From an uncultured Pseudomonadales bacterium (lineage in GTDB: Bacteria; Patescibacteriota; Microgenomatia; UBA1400; PJMF01): a DNA stretch of 64,000 nt. Positions 46,351 to 55,929 of this stretch are shown piece by piece. Each line of letters begins with the position of its first letter. Within the stretch, counting starts at the first letter, position 1. The notes beneath the pieces were generated by a model. That model was not told the origin of the DNA. It saw only the letters and a program-made list of their open reading frames with translations, and did not search any database. The stretch is taken from positions 84,551 to 148,550 of the forward strand of contig CAZKVV010000001.1 of NCBI GenBank assembly GCA_964556485.1. The letters run 5' to 3'. A program made the position numbers and the translations under genes.

Positions 46351-47678
46351 GTTTGATGCAACATACGACAGACGGGAGAACACCTCCGCAAAATCTTGAT
46401 GCTGAGCGCTCAGTGTTGGGCGCTATTCTTATTGACCCAGACGTAATTGTAAATGTAGCCGACGCGTTAGTGCCGGAGAGTTTTTACGACCCCGCACATC
46501 AATTGGTGTACGCGGCAATGCAAAGTTTGTACGAGAAGCGCCAACCTATCGATGTGGTTACTCTCACCAGTGAGCTCAAGAAAATGAAGGAGCTGAAAGG
46601 TGCCGGTGGCACTGCGGGGGTGGCGGCGCTGTCTAATACCGTATCGTCATCTGGAAATGCAGAGCACTATGCTAAATTAGTTGCTGAGGCCTACACAAAG
46701 CGCCGCCTCATCGCTATGGGCGCTGAGGTTTCCAAGCTAGCCTTCGATGACTCCCAAGATGTTCTAGATATCATGGATACAGCGGAACAACGTGTGTTTT
46801 CGCTCTCTCAAGCCCAAAATAAAAAAGCATTTAGTCATATCAAAGATACATTGGTTGAAAGTTTTGAACGAATCGACCAACTCCAACGCTCTGGTGAGGA
46901 TGTTCGCGGCGTGGGTTCTGGTTTTATCGATCTTGATAACTGTTTATCAGGTTTTGGTAAATCTAACTTAATTATTTTGGCTGCTCGTCCAGGTATGGGA
47001 AAAACCACCCTGGCGTTAAACATTGCGCAGCATGTCTCAGTTGTTTCCAAAAAATCAGTTGGTATTTTTTCGCTCGAAATGAGTAGAGAAGAGTTAGTTG
47101 ATAGATTACTCGTTGCCCAGGCCGATATCGATTCTTGGCGTCTTAAATCCGGTCGCCTCGATCAACAGGACTTTTTAAAGCTTTCTGATGCAATGGGAGT
47201 GCTTGCCGATGCCAAGTTCTATATCGATGACACGCCTGGTCTTAGCATTTTTGAAATCCGCACTCGCGCTCGCAGGCTTATGACGGAGCACCATATCGAT
47301 ATTTTAATTGTCGACTATCTCCAGTTAGCCCATGGTCGCACCAAGGATAATCGTGTGCAGGAAGTTGCTGAAGTTTCGCAAGGACTTAAAAATATTGCTC
47401 GTGAACTTAAAATTCCTGTCATCGCCCTCTCTCAGTTGTCTCGTGCAATCGAGAGTAGAGGAGAAAAAGTGCCGCAACTTTCCGACCTTCGTGAATCTGG
47501 TTCTATCGAGCAGGATGCTGACGTCGTCATGTTCCTGTACCGTAAAGATGATGACATCCGCGAATCGGTTAACCTCAAAATTGCCAAACATCGTCATGGT
47601 GGACTTGCCGATATTGATCTATACTTTAGAGGCGATAGAACACGTTTTTATGGCATGGAAACAAGGCGAAAGGAGTAG
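46347..47678 (+). CDS. dnaB: Replicative DNA helicase
   Basis: AERSVLG, AARPGMGKT, VDYLQL, SQLSR, DLRESGSIEQDAD. Confidence 0.98.
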   Translation: MSLMQHTTDGRTPPQNLDAERSVLGAILIDPDVIVNVADALVPESFYDPAHQLVYAAMQSLYEKRQPIDVVTLTSELKKMKELKGAGGTAGVAALSNTVSSSGNAEHYAKLVAEAYTKRRLIAMGAEVSKLAFDDSQDVLDIMDTAEQRVFSLSQAQNKKAFSHIKDTLVESFERIDQLQRSGEDVRGVGSGFIDLDNCLSGFGKSNLIILAARPGMGKTTLALNIAQHVSVVSKKSVGIFSLEMSREELVDRLLVAQADIDSWRLKSGRLDQQDFLKLSDAMGVLADAKFYIDDTPGLSIFEIRTRARRLMTEHHIDILIVDYLQLAHGRTKDNRVQEVAEVSQGLKNIARELKIPVIALSQLSRAIESRGEKVPQLSDLRESGSIEQDADVVMFLYRKDDDIRESVNLKIAKHRHGGLADIDLYFRGDRTRFYGMETRRKE

Positions 47679-47690
47679 TGGCTGTAGATT

Positions 47691-47945
47691 TTAAGCCACT
47701 CTCGAATACCCAAACAGTAAATACATCAAAACGCCGGAGAGCACTAAAAACATGAGCAAAAATCCCAAATTGGATTTAAGGCTTTTGGTGGCTTTGTCTG
47801 GGTCAGATTTGTCTAAGCTAACAATAATAACCACTGCAATAACGCACCAAATGGCGCCTCTAAACACCACCGACCAGACGCTATTGACTGAAAAAACTGC
47901 TGTATAAATCTGTTCCAAAATTTCCATCCCTCCACTATGCATCAT
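47691..47945 (-). CDS. Small two-TM hypothetical protein
   Basis: Two hydrophobic segments; start uncertain. Confidence 0.55.
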   Translation of the reverse strand: MMHSGGMEILEQIYTAVFSVNSVWSVVFRGAIWCVIAVVIIVSLDKSDPDKATKSLKSNLGFLLMFLVLSGVLMYLLFGYSRVA

Positions 47946-48013
47946 TTATGTATAAAATGCAAGTTTGCGTCCGTTTAAGATTTTCACTTCTTGGCTGAAG
48001 TAGCCTATATAAA

Positions 48014-48042
48014 TTGACATTTCACTCAAATAATGGTATAAT
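48014..48042 (+). promoter_or_regulatory. Consensus sigma70 promoter
   Basis: TTGACA-17-TATAAT with extended TG. Confidence 0.75.
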
Positions 48043-48150
48043 GACAGTCTAGTAATGGAGCCCAGTGTGATTTTTCACACTTTTGTTTTTAAGCATGGCG
48101 CCATTTGATTTTTAACAGTGATTTTTTATTTCCCTTAAAGGAGGGACCTC

Positions 48151-48597
48151 ATGACTGATGCAATTATCTCTCAGTGTCCGGCCTGCGCCGCAACAAGCGG
48201 CCAGAAAGTTTGGTTTAATGGCCAAACCCATTGCTCATTTTGTGGAGTTGATTACACCCGATTGGGTGTAGTGCAAACTCCAGTCGTCGCCATCAAGCGG
48301 GCGGTATCCCGCAAAGAAGAGGACGAGAAATTTGGCGCAACCTCAATGTTTTTCGGTTGCGCAACTTTAGCGTTTCTCTGGTTTGTTGGCGCATTTATCA
48401 CAACGATTTTTTCATTTTTGATTGGTGGCATTTTCTTTGGCGCCAATGCAAATGTTGCGTTGGCGATTGGAACCTGCCTTCCCACGGTTGGCATGCTGCT
48501 GTTTTTGGTTGCCACCGTTTACGATGGCACAAAAAACAAAAAGCAGCAGACAGATGGCCAGGCCGTCGAATCTCCCGTCTTAACAGAACCGGAATAA
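48151..48597 (+). CDS. Hypothetical Zn-ribbon + two-TM protein
   Basis: CPAC/CSFC, hydrophobic C-half; SD AAGGAGG. Confidence 0.65.
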   Translation: MTDAIISQCPACAATSGQKVWFNGQTHCSFCGVDYTRLGVVQTPVVAIKRAVSRKEEDEKFGATSMFFGCATLAFLWFVGAFITTIFSFLIGGIFFGANANVALAIGTCLPTVGMLLFLVATVYDGTKNKKQQTDGQAVESPVLTEPE

Positions 48598-48721
48598 AAT
48601 AATCACTTAGGGGAACCTGTGTTTTCACACAGGTTCCCAAGATTTTTCATACTGAATTTTTTTCATTTCTTAAACTTCCTTTTCCCAACGCACTTTGTCT
48701 GGTACAATAGGTGTCTTGATT

Positions 48722-48804
48722 GCCGAGGTGGCGGAATGGTAGACGCGTGGGTCTCAAAAACCCATGGGGGCAACTTCATGAGGGTTCGACTCCCTCCCTC
48801 GGCA
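48722..48804 (+). tRNA. tRNA-Leu (CAA), CCA not encoded
   Basis: GCCGAGG/CCTCGGC acceptor stem, anticodon loop CTCAAAA, long variable arm, GGTTCGACT T-loop; followed by CAT. Confidence 0.95.
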
Positions 48805-49047
48805 CATAAGAATTCTAAAATCAAATCGTGCAGTTATACTTCAACTTTTTTACACATCCATTACGCATAAATTATGCATCTATTTTTCCTTTGCCAAATC
48901 AATCCTTTTCTCATATAATGCCAAAAGCTTTTTTGCCAATTCGGGTTTCTGAAAAAGGCGAATCGCACATTAATTAACGTACCTTTTTGAGAAACAAAAA
49001 ATCCCTCAATCGTTTTTGCGCTGAGTCGCAAGAACAAGGAGAAATAG

Positions 49048-49686
49048 ATGAATGTAGCCCATTTGCACATAACGAAGTCAGGGCAACCGATTGTAAACAA
49101 TTGGTTCCCAGTTCAGCGTTTGAAGACGCCAGATGGAATTGTGTATGATGAAGTGGTACTAGGTCGGGCAGTGTGTGGAAGGTATCCACTTAGTGTCTGG
49201 CTAGATACAGAAGAACCGCCTACCGTTAGGCGACCACTGCGCCGTTTCATGACGCGTGGAGTTGAAAGCGTCAAACCTACTTTTAAAGGCACTCGAATGT
49301 ATTTAAAAGCACCTGATGCCATAGTTTCCGAAGACATTCTTTTTCGGGATGGCGATTTTCTATTAGGCTTCGATACGCATTTTGGTTCAGTGGATAATGG
49401 TTTGCCTGGTAGATTTGTCATGCTTTCTGGAAACTCTTACCACCAAATGCTTGTCTTGCATCAGGCTTCGCATGATGCAGGTTTTGATGCAGGCTTTGTT
49501 GTAATTCGGCCAGGATTTTTGGCTCGAGCTCATACAGAATTTTTTGGGGAGCAGTGGAATTTGTTGTACCCAAGTCAAGAAGCTGGGCTGATTTTGACCC
49601 AGCGAAATGTGGGTGGACAGCATGCTGACATGCAAAACATGCATTCAGCAGCAAACTATGCAAGATATTCGCAACAAAGATTTTGA
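49048..49686 (+). CDS. Hypothetical protein
   Basis: 212 aa, SD AAGGAG, promoter TTGCCA(48891)-17-TATAAT. Confidence 0.65.
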   Translation: MNVAHLHITKSGQPIVNNWFPVQRLKTPDGIVYDEVVLGRAVCGRYPLSVWLDTEEPPTVRRPLRRFMTRGVESVKPTFKGTRMYLKAPDAIVSEDILFRDGDFLLGFDTHFGSVDNGLPGRFVMLSGNSYHQMLVLHQASHDAGFDAGFVVIRPGFLARAHTEFFGEQWNLLYPSQEAGLILTQRNVGGQHADMQNMHSAANYARYSQQRF

Positions 49687-49725
49687 TTTTTTGTTCAAAA
49701 AAGTAAGTTAAAAAGTTCGGGCCCC

Positions 49726-50187
49726 TTAGGGGGCCCTATTTGTAACTAACCATACAATAACGCTAATGGTGATTACTTGAGGTAATAAGCCTAACAGTTT
49801 ATGGTGAGTTGAGTGGTGAAACAGACCATGAAACTCATTGAGTGGTTTTAAAAACGGTGGCTCCCACCTTAAAAAGTTCCTTGGTGCTTCCAGCAAGTCT
49901 GGCAGGATTCCAAGCAGAGCGCCTAGCCAGGCATGATACTGAATGCTGGTGTTTCCTTTTTGAAATAACACATATATCAAACCAAAGGTAACGACTAGTT
50001 CGCCAATTTCGAGCAAAATTGCAGTCGATCGTTTTCTTTTACCTGTCGAAAGGCCTGTACCAAAATCCCAGTGTGGCGTCCAATCTTGTAGGTAGTGAAA
50101 ACCAAGTGCTATTGGGGCATATACTAGGGGGTGGGGCAGGCTCGTAGCAACAAATGCGCCAGTTAAGGCATGTGGTATTGAAAGCAT
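49726..50187 (-). CDS. Membrane protein, possible metal-dependent hydrolase
   Basis: H..G, H..D..PH.D, LPD, H..H motifs in a hydrophobic protein. Confidence 0.55.
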   Translation of the reverse strand: MLSIPHALTGAFVATSLPHPLVYAPIALGFHYLQDWTPHWDFGTGLSTGKRKRSTAILLEIGELVVTFGLIYVLFQKGNTSIQYHAWLGALLGILPDLLEAPRNFLRWEPPFLKPLNEFHGLFHHSTHHKLLGLLPQVITISVIVWLVTNRAP

Positions 50188-50228
50188 ACTGGTATAATGC
50201 CATTATCCGGTGAGGACAGCAAGCAGCT

Positions 50229-51059
50229 ATGTTTCCAGAATTATTTGCAATCGGCTCATTCTCTTTTCGCACATTCATTCTTTTTTTGGTAGCTAGTTTC
50301 TTGCTAAGTGCCTTTGTCTTTTGGCGAAAGGGTAGAGAAGAACACTATCCGGAGGATCAACTTTTTGATGTGTTCTTATTATCCTTTTGCGTTGGTTCTG
50401 TCGCGTCTCGCATGGGCTATATTCTATTTCACTTAGAACAGTTTGCGTTTAATCCGCTTACTTGGTTGGATCTGTTTCGCAATGCTGGTTTTAACGGTCT
50501 GATAGGCATTGTTTTCGGTGGATTCTATGTCTATCGCATTGCAGACAAGAAGAAGTGGGATGCATTCGAAATTCTCGACTTTTGGACGATTTCACTTACG
50601 CTTGGTTTAGGTCTCATTTACTTGGGTCAGTTTTTTGATGGTTCAGGTGTTGGGTATCCAACATCGCTTCCGGTTGGCATTCAGTTTGACGGTTTGTTTG
50701 AGCCTGTCCATCCAGTGCAGCTCTACCAATCAGTGTTTTTCATAGGCCTTTCAGCGTACCTGTCTTGGGCGGAATTTCGTTATCGAAACTTCAGATGGTA
50801 TAGAGCAGGTAAGAAGTCGGCTCAAACAGGCTTTTTGGTTGCAATGGCACTGCTTACTAGCGGAATTTTTTCTTTCTTCATTTCATTTGTAAAACCACCA
50901 CTTATTGAAATAGTTGGGAGTAATATCGATCAATTGCTGTCGCTCTTTGTCGCTGCTATAGGCGGTATGGTCTTGTACCATCGCTCTGGCAGACCACTAC
51001 CGTTTACCAGAGAAAAGAAAAAGCAACAAAAGCGAGTAGAACGGCTCCGTGTCCAATAG
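50229..51059 (+). CDS. lgt: Prolipoprotein diacylglyceryl transferase
   Basis: MFPELF.IG, SRMGY, G.FFDG..G.PT, HPVQLY; next to lspA. Confidence 0.85.
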   Translation: MFPELFAIGSFSFRTFILFLVASFLLSAFVFWRKGREEHYPEDQLFDVFLLSFCVGSVASRMGYILFHLEQFAFNPLTWLDLFRNAGFNGLIGIVFGGFYVYRIADKKKWDAFEILDFWTISLTLGLGLIYLGQFFDGSGVGYPTSLPVGIQFDGLFEPVHPVQLYQSVFFIGLSAYLSWAEFRYRNFRWYRAGKKSAQTGFLVAMALLTSGIFSFFISFVKPPLIEIVGSNIDQLLSLFVAAIGGMVLYHRSGRPLPFTREKKKQQKRVERLRVQ

Positions 51060-51471
51060 AACTGTACTCATCACTATGTTGCTGGTGTTAGGCTTTGATC
51101 AATTCAGCAAAGATAGCGCTCATTTGTTTGGTTTTGCAACGAGTCTTAATACCGGAGTGTCTTTCTCACTTTTTTCTTCCGTTTCTGCCGAAGTCTTAAC
51201 CCTGGTTTTACTGCTGTGTATTTTTGGATTATGGTACAAATTGCAGTACTTTTGGCAGAAAAATCAGCTTGCAGCAGGCTTTTTTTTCGGTGGAGGTATC
51301 TCAAATATTCTTGATAGAGCGCTGTACGGCGGAGTAAGAGATTGGCTGCCAGTTCCAGGTGCATCAATTTCAAATAACCTTGCCGATTGGGCCATTGGGA
51401 TAGCTATTTTGCTGCTGCTGATTTCGACAGTACAAACAACACAAAAACACAAACATGCACGAAGTATTTAA
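51049..51471 (+). CDS. lspA: Lipoprotein signal peptidase II
   Basis: DQFSK, NTGVSF, GG..N.LDR, V.D, NLAD. Confidence 0.88.
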   Translation: MSNRTVLITMLLVLGFDQFSKDSAHLFGFATSLNTGVSFSLFSSVSAEVLTLVLLLCIFGLWYKLQYFWQKNQLAAGFFFGGGISNILDRALYGGVRDWLPVPGASISNNLADWAIGIAILLLLISTVQTTQKHKHARSI

Positions 51472-52288
51472 TTTTGATCCAGAGGTTCTTTTTGAAGATG
51501 CAGACGTGCTTATTTTGCAAAAGCCGCCTGGTGTGGTGGTGAATCGCGCAGATACCATTGCTGTACCCACCATTCAAGACTGGTTGGATGTTCGTTTTAA
51601 AGGACTGGATTGGCCTGCAGATTGGGAACAACTGGTTCCTGCTGATTTTTTGCCAGAATATGGAACTCCTCAAGAAATTTTTGCCAGCAGATCTGGAATT
51701 GCACATCGGCTAGATAAAGACACCAGTGGTGTATTTATGTGTGCTAAGCACCCAGGTTCGTTGCTAGCGTTGCTCAAACAGTTTCGCGAGAGAACCATCA
51801 CCAAAACATATCGCACTTTGGTGCATGGACACTTTTCCCAGCTAGAAGGTGAAGTTACAGCTCCCATTGGTCGAAGTAGTACAAACAGAAAGCGTTTTGC
51901 GGTAGTTCCAGATGGCAGAACTGCACATACGTTTTATAAAGTAGAAAAATCATTTGCCAAGCTTGATTTAGCGCGCGTTTCGACTTCGGTTTTCGAGCAA
52001 TTACAACAGCGGTCAGACCTCTACCAGGGCTTTACTCTGGTAACGTGTTGGCCTAAGACCGGCAGAACCCACCAGATTAGAGTCCATATGGCTCATCTGC
52101 AACATCCATTGGTAGGTGATGTTCACTACGTTGGTAAAAAACGCGCCAAGCTTGATCCACTGTGGTGTCCACGACAGTTTTTACATGCTGCCAGCATCCA
52201 ATTTGTGCATCCCAGAACTGGCGAGCAGCTTTCTATAGAAGCACCCCTTACTTCCGATTTACAAACAGTACTAAGCTACTTAGAGTAA
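51455..52288 (+). CDS. RluA-family pseudouridine synthase
   Basis: KPPG, HRLDKDTSG, TGRTHQIRVH, GD..Y, LHA. Confidence 0.95.
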   Translation: MHEVFNFDPEVLFEDADVLILQKPPGVVVNRADTIAVPTIQDWLDVRFKGLDWPADWEQLVPADFLPEYGTPQEIFASRSGIAHRLDKDTSGVFMCAKHPGSLLALLKQFRERTITKTYRTLVHGHFSQLEGEVTAPIGRSSTNRKRFAVVPDGRTAHTFYKVEKSFAKLDLARVSTSVFEQLQQRSDLYQGFTLVTCWPKTGRTHQIRVHMAHLQHPLVGDVHYVGKKRAKLDPLWCPRQFLHAASIQFVHPRTGEQLSIEAPLTSDLQTVLSYLE

Positions 52289-52292
52289 TAGC

Positions 52293-52901
52293 ATGAACAT
52301 TACTTTTCCCCAAGAACAACTAACCTTTATTGCCCCAGGATGGCAAAAGCTGCAAGATTTGACCTTTAAAATGGCCAAAGAAGTGCGAGATAGCGAACTG
52401 CAGTTTGATAGAGTAGTAACTCTGGCAAAAGGTGGCTGGCCAATGAGTCGCACGCTGGCCGATTTTTTGGAAATTTCTGAAGTGCAAAGCATGGGACTGA
52501 AATTTTACAAAGGTATCGATTCTCGTATGGCTAAACCAGTGATTTATCAAGATTTGCCTGTTGACGTGAGTGGCGAGAGCATTCTCCTTTTTGATGACGT
52601 GGCAGATACTGGCGAATCTCTAGCTTTTGCCATTGATTACCTCCTTGAGCGCGGCGCAGCTCTGATTACCACAGCATGTATCTACTACAAAAAGCGCTCT
52701 AGAGTGAAACCAAGCTTTTTTGCCACCCAAGTAGATGGCTGGATTGTTTTTCCGTACGAACTTCTCGAGACCTTACGCATTTTAGCGACAGGATGGCTTG
52801 CAGAAGGTGTCACCCCCGAGGAAGTTGTGCAGCGATTCATTCAGCTTAATTTCCCAGAACCACAAATTAGATACTTTCTTGAGGAAGTGATACTTACCTA
52901 A
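52293..52901 (+). CDS. Type I phosphoribosyltransferase
   Basis: LAKGG, LLFDDVADTGESL, WIVFPYE. Confidence 0.88.
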   Translation: MNITFPQEQLTFIAPGWQKLQDLTFKMAKEVRDSELQFDRVVTLAKGGWPMSRTLADFLEISEVQSMGLKFYKGIDSRMAKPVIYQDLPVDVSGESILLFDDVADTGESLAFAIDYLLERGAALITTACIYYKKRSRVKPSFFATQVDGWIVFPYELLETLRILATGWLAEGVTPEEVVQRFIQLNFPEPQIRYFLEEVILT

Positions 52902-52944
52902 TGTGCTTTTTTGCACTTGCAAACCTTTATTAAGCGGCTACAAT

Positions 52945-53062
52945 AACTAGCTATAACAAATTGGCGAGGGCACCGTGCTTTCGCTCCCAAGTAACGATTT
53001 TTTGCACTGGGTTGCAAAAAGGGAAACCAAGCTGAGCTGAAGCTATAAGGTGTTCTTTTTTT
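52945..53062 (+). ncRNA. Unassigned structured RNA motif, copy 1
   Basis: Promoter TTGCAA/TACAAT; shares GCTTTCGCTCCCAAGTAAC, GAAACCAAG, GAGC, AAGGTG and stem layout with copy 2. Confidence 0.6.
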
Positions 53063-53221
53063 ATTCCCAAAATAGATTCTCAAAAAATCATTACAAGACT
53101 TCGCATTATGCTATTTTGCCTAAATCGCAAATCAGCATCTGCACAAGTTAACAAAAGTAATTAAGTTATAAGATACTTGGGGAAATTGGTAGTTGCAATG
53201 TTGTCTTATATATATTATTAT

Positions 53222-53353
53222 AAGACTATATAAATGGAATTGCGAAAGGCACTAGGTCAGCTTTCGCTCCCAAGTAACACACATCCGCTTTTTACTCAGA
53301 AGAAAGCGGATTGAAACCAAGTAGAGCAATAGTTGAGAAAGGTGCCTGTTTTT
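53222..53353 (+). ncRNA. Unassigned structured RNA motif, copy 2
   Basis: Promoter TTGCAA-17-TATTAT; same conserved blocks with compensatory stems and pseudoknot. Confidence 0.6.
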
Positions 53354-53385
53354 GTACCTCAGCCTCAACAGAAAGTACAAAAGCT

Positions 53386-54390
53386 ATGTCACAAACAGCA
53401 GAAATTGTTAAAAAAAATAGTTCGCACAATCTTTCGCTTTCTTCAGTTGATGTGCCCCATCTATTGGCACCGCTCCCCAGAAATGCAGAAAATATTTATC
53501 ATAGTGCTGCGATGTCTCAGCGTTGGGATCTCATTGCACGTCATATGCCTGGTGCAAAAGGTGAAGTATTACGCAACACCCTCGAAGGGGCGAATGCAGC
53601 AGAGGATTACCTCGCAATTTCCAGAACAATTGGCTTTTTGTATGAAGCCATTGGGCATGATATTACAGATGTAGGTTACCTTCGAGATACTTTGTACGAA
53701 AATAGATCACGCTTTTTCCCTCAATCACTCCAAAACCTCGAACATTTTGCACCAGAACAGGTTTCTAAGTCTCATGAAGGCAGAAATCCATTACTACACA
53801 CCTGTGACGACTTAGCTCAATATGCGGTTGATGTAGCGCAAACCCCTGAAAAATCCAGACAAAGCGACTCAATGATTTTTATCGAAGTTGCCGCAATACT
53901 GTTGCACGACTACGGAAAATTATTTGATCCTAAAGATCCTTCACATGGGAGCGGTTCAGTCCGTTGGAGTGAGAAGTGGGTTGCTGGGTTGGCTGAAACC
54001 TTTCCAGATAAGACTATTGACAAAGATATTCTGACGTATCAACTAAACTTTCTAATGAAATTTCATGATTTACCAGGTAATATCGACTTGGGCAACTTAG
54101 ATATTGAAGGGGCAGTGAGAGTCATGCTTGATGAAGGCTATATTCCAAGCAACCAGTTGCTTTTGTCTCTAGAGCGTGTGCAAGAAGCAGATATGTTGGG
54201 TACTCCTGGCATGCCAAGAGAGTTTAGACAAAAAAATAGGCAAATTTTGCGTCAACTTCGACAGACAATAGAAAATATAAAAATTGAATATGGTGTAGCC
54301 GATTCAATTGTTCCCACAGAGCAACTTATCTCGACTGATAAGGATTTAGTAACTGAGTTTTTTGCCATGATTAGTAGAGCAGAGGTGTAA
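53386..54390 (+). CDS. HD-domain protein
   Basis: LLHT, LLHDYGK, H..GS, HD, EAD motifs; likely ATG 53386. Confidence 0.7.
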   Translation: MSQTAEIVKKNSSHNLSLSSVDVPHLLAPLPRNAENIYHSAAMSQRWDLIARHMPGAKGEVLRNTLEGANAAEDYLAISRTIGFLYEAIGHDITDVGYLRDTLYENRSRFFPQSLQNLEHFAPEQVSKSHEGRNPLLHTCDDLAQYAVDVAQTPEKSRQSDSMIFIEVAAILLHDYGKLFDPKDPSHGSGSVRWSEKWVAGLAETFPDKTIDKDILTYQLNFLMKFHDLPGNIDLGNLDIEGAVRVMLDEGYIPSNQLLLSLERVQEADMLGTPGMPREFRQKNRQILRQLRQTIENIKIEYGVADSIVPTEQLISTDKDLVTEFFAMISRAEV

Positions 54391-54613
54391 CGTCACTCGT
54401 TTTATTGTTTGCATGATATACTTTCGCTATGGAAATTCAGTCTGAATCAACATTTTTTTACAAAGGCCAACATGATTAAGTCGGCTCTTTTGTTTATGGT
54501 TTCTTTTTCAACACTTTAACGTAGTGTTATTTTTTTGCATTTCCCCTGTGGTAGAGTAGGGGTAGTTGTGTTTTTGCGGTACGAAGTAAAGTAACAAATC
54601 CAAGAAAGAAATC

Positions 54614-55927
54614 ATGAAAGACAGTATTTTTTCACTCATCAAAAAAGAAGAGAAACGCCAAAAAGAAATGATTGGCCTCATTCCATCCGAAAACGCGGTG
54701 TCGCCAGAGGTGTCTGCGGTGTTGTCGAGCTGCTTGTCAAACAAGTATGCAGAAGGGTATCCAGGCAGAAGATACTACGAAGGCAACCAAATTGTCGATC
54801 AAGTCGAAATTGAGGCTCAGGAGCGGGTTAAAAAGCTATTTGGCGTGCCATACGTTAATGTTCAGCCATATTCTGGTTCGCCAGCAAACTTAGCTATTTA
54901 TTTTGCCCTGATGAAGCCGGGAGAAACCTTGATGGGACTGAAGTTGGCAAATGGGGGACACCTTACACATGGCCATCCGGATGTAACGGCTTCGGGAACT
55001 TTTTACAAAACAGTCCAGTATGGGGTGAAAGCAGATGCTCGTATTGATTTTGATGAAGTCAGAGCGTTGGCAAAAAAACACAAACCTAAGGTGATCGTGG
55101 CGGGTAATACGGCATATCCTTTCGAGCTAGATTTTAAAACATTTAGGAAAATTGCGGATGAAGTGGGCGCATTTTTGATTGCTGATATTTCGCATGTGAC
55201 AGGTCTGATTGTTGCTGGCGAACATGTGTCACCGGTGCCATATGCAGATGTGGTGATGACTACGACACATAAAACCTTCCGAGGTCCACGTGGTGCCATG
55301 ATCATGGTTACTCCAAGAGGTATGGAAAAAGACCCAAAAATGGGTAAAAAGATTGATGCTGCCATTATTCCAGGACTTCAAGGTGGTCCACACAATGCAA
55401 CCACTGCTGGTATTGCAATTGCTGCTGCAGAGGCGATGCGGCCTGAATTTACTGCGTATGCCAAGCAGATAAAGCTCAATGCGATGGCATTGGCAAATAG
55501 ATTAATGAAAAATGGGTTGCAGTTGGTAGGCGGTGGCACAGAGACTCACTTGATGGTTATTGATTTAACTAACAAGGGGATTGGACTGGGAACACAGGTA
55601 TCTTTTGCCATGGATGTTGCTGGTATCTACGCTAATCGAAACACTGTTCCGGGTGAGCAAGGTTCGCCATTTTTTCCAAGTGGCATTCGCATTGGTACGC
55701 CGCTCGTTACCACTCGCGGCATGAAACAAGCCGAAATGGTCAAAATTGCAGACTGGATTACTCGAGTAGTTGATTGCACGGTAGCTACACAACTGCCACA
55801 AGAAGTTAAAGCTCGAAGCGAATTTTTGACAACCTTCAGAAAAAATGCCCTCAAAGACCCAACCCTGTTGGCAATTCGCGCAGAGGTGACTACCATGGCC
55901 AAGACTTTTCCGTTGTTTAGTTGGTAA
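54614..55927 (+). CDS. glyA: Serine hydroxymethyltransferase
   Basis: LIPSEN, NKYAEGYPG.RYY, GGHLTHG, TTTHKT.RGPRG, QGGP. Confidence 0.98.
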   Translation: MKDSIFSLIKKEEKRQKEMIGLIPSENAVSPEVSAVLSSCLSNKYAEGYPGRRYYEGNQIVDQVEIEAQERVKKLFGVPYVNVQPYSGSPANLAIYFALMKPGETLMGLKLANGGHLTHGHPDVTASGTFYKTVQYGVKADARIDFDEVRALAKKHKPKVIVAGNTAYPFELDFKTFRKIADEVGAFLIADISHVTGLIVAGEHVSPVPYADVVMTTTHKTFRGPRGAMIMVTPRGMEKDPKMGKKIDAAIIPGLQGGPHNATTAGIAIAAAEAMRPEFTAYAKQIKLNAMALANRLMKNGLQLVGGGTETHLMVIDLTNKGIGLGTQVSFAMDVAGIYANRNTVPGEQGSPFFPSGIRIGTPLVTTRGMKQAEMVKIADWITRVVDCTVATQLPQEVKARSEFLTTFRKNALKDPTLLAIRAEVTTMAKTFPLFSW

Positions 55928-55929
55928 TG

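Noticed and set aside
46347-47678. Intein in DnaB (also considered for the helicase insertion at ~26650-27450)
   Set aside because: DnaB is normal length; the helicase insertion lacks C/S...HN splice motifs and LAGLIDADG
48722-49700. Genomic island integrated at tRNA-Leu
   Set aside because: Orphan genes flank the tRNA, but I saw no duplicated tRNA 3' end or integrase
52977-53278. Twister, hammerhead, c-di-GMP-II or SAM assignment, or CRISPR repeat, for the tandem RNA motif
   Set aside because: Only short words are shared (TCCCAAG, GAAAC, GGCAC/GTGC); order and other conserved residues do not fit, and the 283-nt spacing is not CRISPR-like
54418-54613. Regulatory uORF (MEIQSESTFFYKGQHD, 54429-54479) or ZTP/THF/glycine riboswitch before glyA
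   Set aside because: No Gly/Ser codon run, no convincing terminator and no riboswitch consensus; more likely a gene remnant
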